From Bacilli bacterium (lineage in GTDB: Bacteria; Bacillota_I; Bacilli_A; ML615J-28; CAG-313), in the NCBI GenBank assembly GCA_017463365.1, contig JAFTPH010000038.1, forward strand, positions 329-64,328: a DNA stretch of 64,000 bases, in the 5' to 3' direction. Below, piece after piece: positions 21,159 through 30,645 of this stretch (its first letter is position 1; each line of letters begins with the position of its first letter). The notes below the pieces were generated by a model, which was given only the letters and a program-made list of their open reading frames with translations, did not search any database and was not told the DNA's origin. Made by a program: the position numbers and the translations under genes.

Positions 21159-22160
21159 ATGAAAACAATTGTTTCTGGTATTCAACCATCTGGAACACTT
21201 ACATTAGGAAACTACTTAGGAGCTATTAAAAACTTTGTTACTATGCAAAATGAAGCATCTGATGATGATAATATCTTTATTTTTATTGCGGACTTACACG
21301 CTTTAACAGTTCCCCAAGACCCTGCAGCATTAAGAAAAAACGTTAGAAGTCTTGCTGCTCTATATTTAGCATGTGGACTTGATCCAAATAAATCAACTTT
21401 ATTTATTCAATCAGAAGTTACAGAACATGCTGAAATTGGATACTTACTTCAAACTATTACTTATATTGGAGAGCTCGAAAGGATGACTCAATATAAAGAT
21501 AAGATGCAAAAACAAGTTGCCGGAGTATCAAGCGCTCTTCTTACTTATCCTGTACTTATGGCTGGCGATATCTTATTATATAATGCAGACTATGTTCCTG
21601 TTGGAGAAGACCAACGTCAACACTTAGAATTAACTAGAAATTTAGCAGAACGTTTCAATTCTCGTTTTAGCGATACTTTTACTGTACCAAAACCTTTAAT
21701 TGCTAAAGTTGGAGCCAAAATTATGTCGCTTCAAGATCCAACTAAGAAAATGTCTAAATCTGATGCTTTAGAAAAAGCTTCTATCTTTATTTTAGACCAA
21801 GAAAATGTTATCCGTAAAAAAATCGCAAGTGCAGTAACTGATTCTGATGGAAGTATTAAATTTGATCCCGTTAATAAACCTGGTATTTCAAATCTATTAT
21901 CTATCTATTCTTGTGCAAGCAACACTTCTATTGAAGAACTTGTGGAAAAATATAAAGATTCTGGATATGGTGAATTTAAAAAGGATGTAGCTGATGCAGT
22001 TGTAAACTTATTGAAACCAATTCAAGAAAAATACAATTATTACTTAAATAGTAAAGAACTTGATGAAATCTTAGATAATGGTCGCGATAAAGCAAGTTAT
22101 TTTGCTAGAAAAACTTTATCAAAGATGAAACGTAAAATGGGTATTATTAGAAAAAAATAA
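21159..22160 (+). CDS. trpS: Tryptophanyl-tRNA synthetase
   Basis: SGIQPSG-TLGNY, YPVLMAGDIL, VPVGEDQ and KMSKS motifs. Confidence 0.98.
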   Translation: MKTIVSGIQPSGTLTLGNYLGAIKNFVTMQNEASDDDNIFIFIADLHALTVPQDPAALRKNVRSLAALYLACGLDPNKSTLFIQSEVTEHAEIGYLLQTITYIGELERMTQYKDKMQKQVAGVSSALLTYPVLMAGDILLYNADYVPVGEDQRQHLELTRNLAERFNSRFSDTFTVPKPLIAKVGAKIMSLQDPTKKMSKSDALEKASIFILDQENVIRKKIASAVTDSDGSIKFDPVNKPGISNLLSIYSCASNTSIEELVEKYKDSGYGEFKKDVADAVVNLLKPIQEKYNYYLNSKELDEILDNGRDKASYFARKTLSKMKRKMGIIRKK

Positions 22161-22169
22161 TATATAATA

Positions 22170-22199
22170 AAGAAGGGATGCATATAAGCATCCCTTCTT
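22170..22199. terminator. Bidirectional terminator
   Basis: AAGAAGGGATGC-ATATAA-GCATCCCTTCTT between convergent genes. Confidence 0.8.
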
Positions 22200-22996
22200 T
22201 ATATTTGTTCTAACTCATTTTTTAAGAATAATTGACCTTTTAATGTTTTTTTAATTGGTACTATTTTCTTTCTTTTAACTAAATCATTTATATTTTGTCT
22301 ACTACAATTCATTATTTTAGTAGCTTCAGTTGTATTTACAACTCTTTCACAAATATATTTTTTTATATTTTCAAATACCACGCCAGTATCAATTGATGCT
22401 TTATACAAATCCAAACTATCTAAAAAAATATTATTTAAAAATTCTAAACCATATCCTCCTAAAGATACCTCATATTCAGAAATTAGATTTTGCTTATTAA
22501 CTATGTTTGCCATTAATTCATTTATCTTAATTAATTTCTTGTGGTCTATCTTTCTAATTTCACCATTTTTGAAAAATAACAAAAACTCCGATCCGATATT
22601 TAAACAATCACTTATTCTTTTATCAAATCGCTTTTTGATTTCTAATGGCAACGCCTCTTCTTTAATTTCTTCAACCATACAGTCGTCTTGGCTACATCTG
22701 CCTTTCCCCAATAACAATAACTTGTATTCATCATATGATTTTAAGTTATTATCTTTTATTATTGAAGATATATTCTGTCTATCTTTAGGGACTATTCTTT
22801 CACACACCCATTTTTTACTCCAGTATCCGTCAATTGTTCTTTTTCCTAAATCATAAAAATGTTTGAATATAATTGGCATTCCAAAAGTATCACTATTTTC
22901 TGTTAATTCTATATAGAAAGTATTATTTTGTTCATAATAAAATAAATACCCCAATATTTTATGATAATATTCATTCTTTATTACACAAACTTTCAT
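22199..22996 (-). CDS. Putative antitoxin/regulator: HipA-N/HipS-like N-terminus plus C-terminal HTH
   Basis: WVCERIVPKDRQNI...YDEYKLL...GRCSQDD resembles the N-terminal region of HipA/CtkA-type kinases. The C-terminal NTTEATKIMNCSRQNINDLVKR is an HTH. Overlaps the kinase stop by 26 nt. Confidence 0.6.
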   Translation of the reverse strand: MKVCVIKNEYYHKILGYLFYYEQNNTFYIELTENSDTFGMPIIFKHFYDLGKRTIDGYWSKKWVCERIVPKDRQNISSIIKDNNLKSYDEYKLLLLGKGRCSQDDCMVEEIKEEALPLEIKKRFDKRISDCLNIGSEFLLFFKNGEIRKIDHKKLIKINELMANIVNKQNLISEYEVSLGGYGLEFLNNIFLDSLDLYKASIDTGVVFENIKKYICERVVNTTEATKIMNCSRQNINDLVKRKKIVPIKKTLKGQLFLKNELEQI

Positions 22997-23783
22997 AATA
23001 ACACCATCTTTTCCAAATCATTTCCCAAGTTTTTTCAATTCTTTTTTTGGATATTATTCCTTCTAATTTATAAAAAAGTTTTTCTTTATCTTCAACTTTG
23101 AGGGAATTTAGTTTTGGCATTTTTTTTACTAATTTTAAATTATCTAACAGAGATCTAGAACCTATAAATGAATTTGTCTTTTTATCTTCCATTACATCAA
23201 AATTATCTAAATCTTGTTCTTCAGTTTTACATAATAAACTTAGCCCATGATCAAATATTGGCGCAATTCGATATTTATTTGCCCTTTCATCGTATAAAAC
23301 TTCAATATTTGCTCCATGTCTGTCTCTATTCAATATTATGTAATCAACTATTATCATATTATATATATAATCTGTAAAACCATATCTCTCACAAAATTCT
23401 AAAATGCCCTCATTTTTAAACTTTTTTAATTCATAAAATGTATCAAACGAATTTTTTACTTCCCCTTTTTCTTTAAAATCAAGCGATGCACATACATATG
23501 TATTTATCATTTTATCATCCAAATATATTTTTGAATTTATTAAATAGTATTTTAAATGTTCAACTCCTAATATATCTAGCAATCTATCTATTATTATTTC
23601 ATTAATACATTCATGACCAAAATTATTATCTATATTATTATAGTCAGATAATTTAAAATATATTTTTTTATTTTGATATTTAATATAAGATTTTAAAAAT
23701 GATCCAGCCGTTCCACTTGATTCTCTGATTTTACTCCAATTTAAAAATGTTAAATCTTTTATATCTTTTACAACTCTATCCAT
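22971..23783 (-). CDS. HipA/HipT-like Ser/Thr kinase (putative toxin)
   Basis: Gly loop SSGTAGSFLK, ECINEII, catalytic NRDRHGAN and Mg-binding APIFDHG. Confidence 0.8.
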   Translation of the reverse strand: MDRVVKDIKDLTFLNWSKIRESSGTAGSFLKSYIKYQNKKIYFKLSDYNNIDNNFGHECINEIIIDRLLDILGVEHLKYYLINSKIYLDDKMINTYVCASLDFKEKGEVKNSFDTFYELKKFKNEGILEFCERYGFTDYIYNMIIVDYIILNRDRHGANIEVLYDERANKYRIAPIFDHGLSLLCKTEEQDLDNFDVMEDKKTNSFIGSRSLLDNLKLVKKMPKLNSLKVEDKEKLFYKLEGIISKKRIEKTWEMIWKRWCYYESLCNKE

Positions 23784-23814
23784 ACTCCACCTCTACCCTA
23801 ATATAATATCATTT

Positions 23815-23834
23815 TACTTGACATATGTCAAGTA
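23815..23834. promoter_or_regulatory. Perfect 20-bp palindrome containing TTGACA, upstream of the kinase operon
   Basis: TACTTGACAT|ATGTCAAGTA. The minus-strand TTGACA is positioned as a -35 element for the kinase gene. Confidence 0.6.
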
Positions 23835-23882
23835 TTTTTTATTTTTTACAAAAAAATACCATGGATTACTCCATGGTATATG

Positions 23883-24623
23883 TTATTTTTCTAAAAATTC
23901 TAATATATGACTATTTACAAAAGCACGTCTATCCATTCTTTGGTAGCAATGTTCTGATTCAGGTACCATATAGAATTCACAATTCGGATAAAGGTTTGCA
24001 TATTTTCTTCCGTATTCAATAGGAACAGACATATCTTTTTCTCCATGAATAATGATTACTGGTACATTTAAATTAGTATTTTGATATAAATCTAAATCAT
24101 CAAAACTATCAACAAAGGCCTTACTCATTAAGTAACCACCCATATCAATGTTATTTTCATCATACCAGATAACATTTGGATTATTACGATATCTACCTAC
24201 AACTGTTTGCATCATACTAGCAGCTGGTGAAAGTAAAACCAATTTTTCTAAATCAGCCTCAAATTCTTTAGCAACCATACTAGCGGCTGCTCCACCCATT
24301 GAGAAACCTAAAATAATTACTTTTTCATTAATTTTTAAATTTAATGCATATTTAACCATCGCTCTAGCATCACTCAATACAGTTTCAAATGTCATTTCAT
24401 TAAAACGTCCATCACTAATACCATTACCACGGTAATCGAATCTTACACTTGAATAACCATGTTCTGCAAGTCTAAAAGATAATTCTTTGAACATATATCC
24501 ATTTTCATTTAAATGTCCTGTAAAACCATGAAGCATGACAACTATTCCTTTAGAGTTTTCCACTTCATTAAAAATACCTCTTAAAGTATATCCTTCATTT
24601 ATTGTTTCTGCAAATTTAATCAT
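23883..24623 (-). CDS. Alpha/beta hydrolase (esterase)
   Basis: HGFTG, nucleophile GFSMGG, HGEKD and a C-terminal His. Last gene of the mur operon, followed by a hairpin at about 23850-23880. Confidence 0.85.
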   Translation of the reverse strand: MIKFAETINEGYTLRGIFNEVENSKGIVVMLHGFTGHLNENGYMFKELSFRLAEHGYSSVRFDYRGNGISDGRFNEMTFETVLSDARAMVKYALNLKINEKVIILGFSMGGAAASMVAKEFEADLEKLVLLSPAASMMQTVVGRYRNNPNVIWYDENNIDMGGYLMSKAFVDSFDDLDLYQNTNLNVPVIIIHGEKDMSVPIEYGRKYANLYPNCEFYMVPESEHCYQRMDRRAFVNSHILEFLEK

Positions 24624-25530
24624 TAATTCCCACCTCTTGTAATGCTTTACGAATATTTCCTTTATGTTTATTTAAAATTAAATCAACTTCTGCAACCTCA
24701 TCAATACCTGCTAAAATTCCAAGCATGGCCTTTTTAACTGAACCATATTTGTCAAAGGCAATTTTGGCATTTAAATCATCTAAACCAGTAACCTCTTTTA
24801 TTATACTAATTGAGCGAGCAACAAGTTTTTCATTAGTTGCTTGAACATCAATCATTAAGTTTTGGTATACTTTTCCCATTTTAACCATTGATGCTGTTGA
24901 AATCATATTACAAATCATTTTTTGAGCAGTGCCTGATTTCATTCTAGTTGATCCAGTAATTGGTTCAGCACCTGTTACAGCTTCAATTGGACAATCTACC
25001 ATACTTGATATAATAGTATTTGCACTTGTTGAAATACTTGCAGTTTTCGCACCAACTTGTTTTGCATATTCAATACCACCAATAACATAAGGCGTTCTTC
25101 CACTAGCAGCAATACCAATAACAATATCATTTTCTGTTAAATTAATACGTTTTAAATCTTCAATGGCCATTTCTTTAGAATCTTCAGCTCCTTCAACAGC
25201 TTGGACCATCGCACCCATTCCACCAGCCATTAAACATTGAACCATTTCTGGTGATACCCCATATGTTGGTTTACATTCAACAGCGTCAATTAAACCAATT
25301 CTTCCACTAGTTCCGGCTCCCATATATATTAGGCGCCCATCATTCATAAACACTTCATATACCATATCAACACATTTAGCAATTTGATCAAGAGCTTTTT
25401 CTACCGCTAACGCTACTGTCTTGTCTTCATTATTTAATTTAACAAGAATTTCTTTAGTTGATACTCTATCAATATCTAGTGTATTTTGGTTTCTACCTTC
25501 TGTTGTTATTTTTTTTATATTTACATTCAT
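24616..25530 (-). CDS. murQ: N-acetylmuramic acid 6-phosphate etherase
   Basis: TTEGRN, GAGTSGRIG, ECKPTYG, GIAASGRTPY and TGSTRMKSGTAQK motifs. Confidence 0.96.
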   Translation of the reverse strand: MNVNIKKITTEGRNQNTLDIDRVSTKEILVKLNNEDKTVALAVEKALDQIAKCVDMVYEVFMNDGRLIYMGAGTSGRIGLIDAVECKPTYGVSPEMVQCLMAGGMGAMVQAVEGAEDSKEMAIEDLKRINLTENDIVIGIAASGRTPYVIGGIEYAKQVGAKTASISTSANTIISSMVDCPIEAVTGAEPITGSTRMKSGTAQKMICNMISTASMVKMGKVYQNLMIDVQATNEKLVARSISIIKEVTGLDDLNAKIAFDKYGSVKKAMLGILAGIDEVAEVDLILNKHKGNIRKALQEVGIND

Positions 25531-25531
25531 T

Positions 25532-26710
25532 TTAATTCTCCTGAGGCAAGACCATACTACCTAAACTTACAGCTTTTTTAGCTCCTGTAACTTTAATAAC
25601 ATTACTTGCTTTGTTCATTATTCTTAAGTAACCTAAGACTACAAAACCTACAGCTTCTTTCGCATCCGCATTAATTCCTAAATCAAAGCCGGTAATAACT
25701 TTGTAGTTTTTCGTTTTATATTTTTTTAATAAATCTAAGATATATGGATTATTCGCACCCCCACCTGATACGACAAGTTCTCCATCATTAAAGTCTTCAA
25801 CAAAAGTTTCAACTTGATTGATAATTGACTTGGCTGTAAATGCGGTAAGGGTTGAGACGATATCTTCATCCTTTAAATTATATTCTTTTGCTTTTTCAAT
25901 TACTTTATTTAAAAACTCTTTACTATATTTTTCTCTACCTGTACTTTTTGGCGGTTGCATCTTGAAATATTCATCATCCATTAACTCATCTAAAATTTCA
26001 TCACAAACTTTACCACTTCTTCCAATTAAGCCAGATGCATCATATGGTTTACTAAATAACTTCATGCAAGATGCATCAATAAGCATATTACCTGGTCCAG
26101 TGTCAAAAGCAAATACTTCATCGATTTTCGCATTTTTTGGCATATAAGTAATATTACCAATCCCTCCGATATTTAGAAGTACTCTAGATATATCTTTATT
26201 TCTAAAAATCATAAATTCACTCATGGGAATAAGTGGAGCTCCACTTCCGCCATAAGCCATATCTAGGGTTCTAAAATCATAAATTACAAGTTTATTAAAG
26301 GCTGCACTAATTGTTGAAGCGTCCCCTAACTGTAAAGTAGATGAAGCATGCCCCCCTAAATTATTTGAATTATGCCAAACAGTTTGTCCGTGATTAGCAA
26401 TAAAATCTAACTTTTCTAAATCAAAACAAGCTTTCTCTAATACTTTTTTAACAGCTTCAACATAAGCATTTGATAACTCTACATTTAAACTACAGATTTC
26501 TTGAATATTGGAAGAATCTGGACTAGAGTTTTTTAAGACTTTTTGTTTTAAAGATTCTGGATAACTAATTGATTCAAACTCAACCATTTCGAAGGTTGGG
26601 TTTTTCTTATTGTTAATTTTAACTAAGGCGGCATCAACACCATCAAGGGATGTTCCACTCATTAATCCAACCGCATATAACACTTTTTTCTTTTGTAATT
26701 TCTTAAGCAT
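25532..26710 (-). CDS. anmK: Anhydro-N-acetylmuramic acid kinase
   Basis: GLMSGTSLDGVD, HGQTV, GAPL, NIGGIGN, FDTGPGN, PPKSTGRE and AKEA motifs. Confidence 0.95.
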   Translation of the reverse strand: MLKKLQKKKVLYAVGLMSGTSLDGVDAALVKINNKKNPTFEMVEFESISYPESLKQKVLKNSSPDSSNIQEICSLNVELSNAYVEAVKKVLEKACFDLEKLDFIANHGQTVWHNSNNLGGHASSTLQLGDASTISAAFNKLVIYDFRTLDMAYGGSGAPLIPMSEFMIFRNKDISRVLLNIGGIGNITYMPKNAKIDEVFAFDTGPGNMLIDASCMKLFSKPYDASGLIGRSGKVCDEILDELMDDEYFKMQPPKSTGREKYSKEFLNKVIEKAKEYNLKDEDIVSTLTAFTAKSIINQVETFVEDFNDGELVVSGGGANNPYILDLLKKYKTKNYKVITGFDLGINADAKEAVGFVVLGYLRIMNKASNVIKVTGAKKAVSLGSMVLPQEN

Positions 26711-27667
26711 TTATCCCTCCATCAAAACCTTAGTTTTTGATAAATAGTAAGCTCCAATTATTGGATCTTGTTCATCAATTAATAAATTAAATGATAAATT
26801 CTTCTCTTTTAACATTTTATCAACATTTTCTGGAATTATCTTATTATTCTTAAATAATCCCCCTTTAAAGCCCAAAATTGAGCCATTTTCGATGTTTTGC
26901 TTATTAACTAGTCTAATTATTCCATCTACAATTAAAGATGCTTCATTTTTCATAATGGTTAAAGCTTCTTCATCGCCATTTAAAGCAGCGGTTGAAATAA
27001 TAGATGCGAAAGAGGCAATTTCTCCTTTTGTTCTTAAATAAAAGATTGATTTAAGTTTAAATGGATCATTTATTTCAAAAGCTGATAAAAGTTTCTTATC
27101 TAGTTCAAGTAAAGCCATACTATGTTCAAAACGCATTATTAGTCTTTGACATGCATGGTGAACAAGTGAATAGGCACTACCATATTCACCAATAATATGC
27201 CCCCATCCGCCAATTAACTGTGTTTTACTATTTTTCATCCCACAGATTGCACTACCAGTTCCACCAAGAACTAAAATGCCTTCTTTTTCCTTATGATTAA
27301 TAATATCACTATAACTTTGACAAGTAACCGCGTATAACGCGATAATGGCATCATTCACAATATATACGGGACAATTAAACTTTTCTTTAAATTTTCTTTC
27401 AAGTGGCACAACATCAGGATGAACTCCCAAGCCACTTATTCCCATTGTAATATTTTTAAACTCATAAAGTTCATCAAATTTCTTAAATATTTCTTTTAAA
27501 GCTTTATCAATTGATAAGAACTCTAAATCTTTAGTAATGGCAGGACTACCAACTCCAATTAAAGATGTATTTAGAATAACACCATCTAAATCATAAATAT
27601 TAATTCTTGTTTTTGTTCCTCCCGCATCAATACATACCAAAACTGGTATTTTATTATTACTCTTCAT
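26711..27667 (-). CDS. BadF/BadG/BcrA/BcrD-type sugar kinase (MurK/NagK-like GlcNAc/MurNAc kinase)
   Basis: IDAGGTKT, VNDA, GGTGS and GGWGHIIGEYGSA motifs; lies within the mur operon. Confidence 0.82.
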   Translation of the reverse strand: MKSNNKIPVLVCIDAGGTKTRINIYDLDGVILNTSLIGVGSPAITKDLEFLSIDKALKEIFKKFDELYEFKNITMGISGLGVHPDVVPLERKFKEKFNCPVYIVNDAIIALYAVTCQSYSDIINHKEKEGILVLGGTGSAICGMKNSKTQLIGGWGHIIGEYGSAYSLVHHACQRLIMRFEHSMALLELDKKLLSAFEINDPFKLKSIFYLRTKGEIASFASIISTAALNGDEEALTIMKNEASLIVDGIIRLVNKQNIENGSILGFKGGLFKNNKIIPENVDKMLKEKNLSFNLLIDEQDPIIGAYYLSKTKVLMEG

Positions 27668-28712
27668 CCTTTTTCCCTTCAATCATAAAACTAAATTTTG
27701 TACCTGGTTTTAAAAGATTTAATAAATCATAGCCATATTCTGGAACATATCCAATAACATTGGCTTCTTCACACTCAACATCTCTCATCCAGATACCAAC
27801 TTCACCCATATATCTTAAGTTTAATTTGTTATCAACTGTAACTTGATATTTTTTAATTTTACCATTATTTTTAGGTTCAATATCAACTTTACTTCTTGTA
27901 CTTGATCTAATTAAATATGGACTTTGATCTGGTCTTGAGTGATGTGGGCCATTTAAAATTTTTAAAACATTTAGTGGCACATCTTCAGTTAGAACAAGTG
28001 GTATTTGAATACAATCTGCTGTACAACTAATCATTTCTAAGATTTCTTCTTCTGTTGAATATGCATCACCAATACCAATTTCATCAATACCAGTCATTAT
28101 TAATTCTTGCGTACTAATATAAGTTGGTTTGTAACGATGAGCTTCAATACTTGGAACTCCTTTATATAAAGGAGGACGCTTATTAATTAAGGAAGGAATA
28201 AACGCCATTGTGGTAAAACCTAATTCATGGAATACCATATTTTTTTGAATTAACTCATAAATATCTAAACCAGTAAATGGTTTGGGATAAAAATTATAAC
28301 TCATTCTTGTTTTTTTAGGATTTAAGCCTTTTTCTAACAATTTAACAAGTTTTTCAATCGAAATTGTTGAAGCATTAAGTTCAATATTACAATCTAATGT
28401 ATTAGACAACTCAACAATATCATCATCATTAAATCCCCAGTCAAGTCTTAACGCATAAGTACATTTAGGAATAACAAAGTTTTCCATCATTGGTTTAGAG
28501 ACATCAATAATTAGCTGCATACCATTTTTTTCAATAACACTTGCTAATTTATCAATTTCTTCTTGAATGTTGCCAGCCTCCGGAATATGAGCGGAAGTAA
28601 ACACTAATTTTATTCCCAGGTTTGCACACTCATTTAAGTATTCAAAGTTTTTTTCAATTGGGTAATCTTTTAACCCTTCATATACGGAAACAGCAAATTT
28701 TGTTTTTTTCAT
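27657..28712 (-). CDS. mupG: MupG (DUF871) 6-phospho-N-acetylmuramidase
   Basis: SVY, FTSAHIPE, LRLDWG, ELNAST, NFYPKPFTGL and PSIEAHR motifs. Confidence 0.88.
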   Translation of the reverse strand: MKKTKFAVSVYEGLKDYPIEKNFEYLNECANLGIKLVFTSAHIPEAGNIQEEIDKLASVIEKNGMQLIIDVSKPMMENFVIPKCTYALRLDWGFNDDDIVELSNTLDCNIELNASTISIEKLVKLLEKGLNPKKTRMSYNFYPKPFTGLDIYELIQKNMVFHELGFTTMAFIPSLINKRPPLYKGVPSIEAHRYKPTYISTQELIMTGIDEIGIGDAYSTEEEILEMISCTADCIQIPLVLTEDVPLNVLKILNGPHHSRPDQSPYLIRSSTRSKVDIEPKNNGKIKKYQVTVDNKLNLRYMGEVGIWMRDVECEEANVIGYVPEYGYDLLNLLKPGTKFSFMIEGKKDEE

Positions 28713-28719
28713 AAAACCT

Positions 28720-29865
28720 CTAGTAAATTAAATATTCTTTTCTAATATTCTTAAATTCAGCTTCATCTTTATCAAGAAGAGCCCATTCTTCTTCAAGGGT
28801 ATAAGTCATATCACGAATATAATCACATCCTGTTTCAAATTCAAACATACATGGACGTCCTTCTACGTATGGCGCATTAATCTTGAAGTGTTCAGGGTAA
28901 TTTTCTCTAATAACTTTAAGAATTGCCCAACTTGTTTTAATAGAATGACAAGCATTGCGGTCAGTTATATGTAAATATACTCCACCACATAATTCTCCTG
29001 CGTATTTTGAGAAAGTAGGCGTAAAGTATTGTGGTCTAAAATATACTCCTGGTAAATTTAATTCATTTAATTGGCGAGATAAAACCTCACTCTTCATCCA
29101 TGGAGCACCAAATAATTCAAATGGAGTTGTTGTTCCGCGTCCTTCAGCGACATTTGTTCCTTCTAATACACAAGTAATATTATAAGCATAAGCCGTATTA
29201 ATTGTTGGGAAGTTTGGAGAAGGAATAACCCAAGGAAGTGAAGTATCTTCAAAACTCATTGAACGTTCATAATTAAGCATTGGTATAACTTCTAAATCAC
29301 AACCAATTTTATATTCTTTATTAAATAATAAAGCTAGTTCTCCAATTGTTAAACCATGACGTTGTGGCATTGGATAATATCCAACAAATGAGCGATATTT
29401 TAAATCTAAAATATTTCCCTCAACTTTTTCACAATTAACTGGATTTGGTCGATCAAATACCACAAATTTTTTTCCATATTCTTTACAAGCTTGCATACAA
29501 TAAGCCATTGTATAGATAAATGTGTAATAACGAGAACCAACATCTTGAATATCAATTGTCATCACATCTACCGCATCCATCATTTCTTTAGTTGGTCTGC
29601 GAGTTTTTCCATATAAACTATATACAGTAATTCCTGTTTCATCATCAATATATGTTTCTAAATGTTGCCCTGCTTGAATAGATGCACGAACACCATGTTC
29701 AGGTGAGAATAAACCCACTAAATTAGTTTGTTCACGTAAGATATCAATACTGCTTTTAAAGTTCCCATCGATACCTGTTGGATTAGTAATTAACCCAATT
29801 CGTTTATTTTCAAATATATTTTTAAATTCACTTACTCTTTCAATACCTAAAATAGTTCTACTCAT
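28720..29865 (-). CDS. namZ: Exo-beta-N-acetylmuramidase NamZ (DUF1343)
   Basis: GLITNPTG, FSPEHG, SLYG, DIQDVGSRYYT, DRPNP, PSPN and EGRGT motifs; no signal peptide. Confidence 0.92.
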   Translation of the reverse strand: MSRTILGIERVSEFKNIFENKRIGLITNPTGIDGNFKSSIDILREQTNLVGLFSPEHGVRASIQAGQHLETYIDDETGITVYSLYGKTRRPTKEMMDAVDVMTIDIQDVGSRYYTFIYTMAYCMQACKEYGKKFVVFDRPNPVNCEKVEGNILDLKYRSFVGYYPMPQRHGLTIGELALLFNKEYKIGCDLEVIPMLNYERSMSFEDTSLPWVIPSPNFPTINTAYAYNITCVLEGTNVAEGRGTTTPFELFGAPWMKSEVLSRQLNELNLPGVYFRPQYFTPTFSKYAGELCGGVYLHITDRNACHSIKTSWAILKVIRENYPEHFKINAPYVEGRPCMFEFETGCDYIRDMTYTLEEEWALLDKDEAEFKNIRKEYLIY

Positions 29866-30532
29866 TTTCTTCTTCCTCCTCGTCTACTTGACGCATAATT
29901 TTTTCAAAATCAATTTTATTTAAACGGTAATATAATGGTTCGCAAACCTTTATTACTAAAAATGCCGGTCCACTTAACCCTACTAAAAACCAAATTGGGG
30001 CCGCAACAATTCCCACAATTGAAATAACAAATAACACTAAAGCAATTAAAGTAATTCCAATATATCTAAAAGCAATAAACATTGAAGTTTTTAATAACTC
30101 TTTAGTTCTTAAAGTTTTAAAAGTCACTATTAGTAGTGGAATATGTAAAACCATGATAACTATGATAACAATAAAAATAAACATAATCCAAAAACCAATA
30201 TTTGATAATAACTCTCCCGGAGCAATCTTACCATAGTAATACCACATACTAATTCCGGCAATTACTAAGATTATCCCAATCACAAGTTCCATGATAAAAC
30301 TTTTTTCCGAGTATTTCATAAAATTACTGAAATACATTCTTATTGGTTTATTAGGTCCTTCTGTAATAGAATCTTTTATTGTTGCGTACATCGCAGTAAT
30401 GGCCGGTAAAATTGTTATAATTGGAATTAATAATAAAATTGTCATAATATTGACAAATACTAACATAAACAACCATTCAAAAAAACGATGGGCTTTACTA
30501 TTATATTTTCTTTCAATATCCAAGAAAATCAC
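29858..30532 (-). CDS. YesL/DUF624-family membrane protein
   Basis: Multi-pass membrane protein with ILPAITAMY and FSNFMK pattern. The true start may be the TTG at 30523. Confidence 0.7.
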   Translation of the reverse strand: MIFLDIERKYNSKAHRFFEWLFMLVFVNIMTILLLIPIITILPAITAMYATIKDSITEGPNKPIRMYFSNFMKYSEKSFIMELVIGIILVIAGISMWYYYGKIAPGELLSNIGFWIMFIFIVIIVIMVLHIPLLIVTFKTLRTKELLKTSMFIAFRYIGITLIALVLFVISIVGIVAAPIWFLVGLSGPAFLVIKVCEPLYYRLNKIDFEKIMRQVDEEEEENE

Positions 30533-30589
30533 TCCTTTTTATCATATATATTTTACCATATTTTAGATTTAAAATAAAGTTATAGCATA

Positions 30590-30633
30590 AAAAAAAAGAG
30601 ATTGAATAGAACATATGTTCTATATCAATCTCT
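30590..30633 (-). terminator. Terminator after the sugar-binding lipoprotein gene
   Basis: AGAGATTGA.ATAGAACAT|ATGTTCTAT.TCAATCTCT inverted repeat with a plus-strand A-run. Confidence 0.7.
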
Positions 30634-30645
30634 AAATTTCATAAA

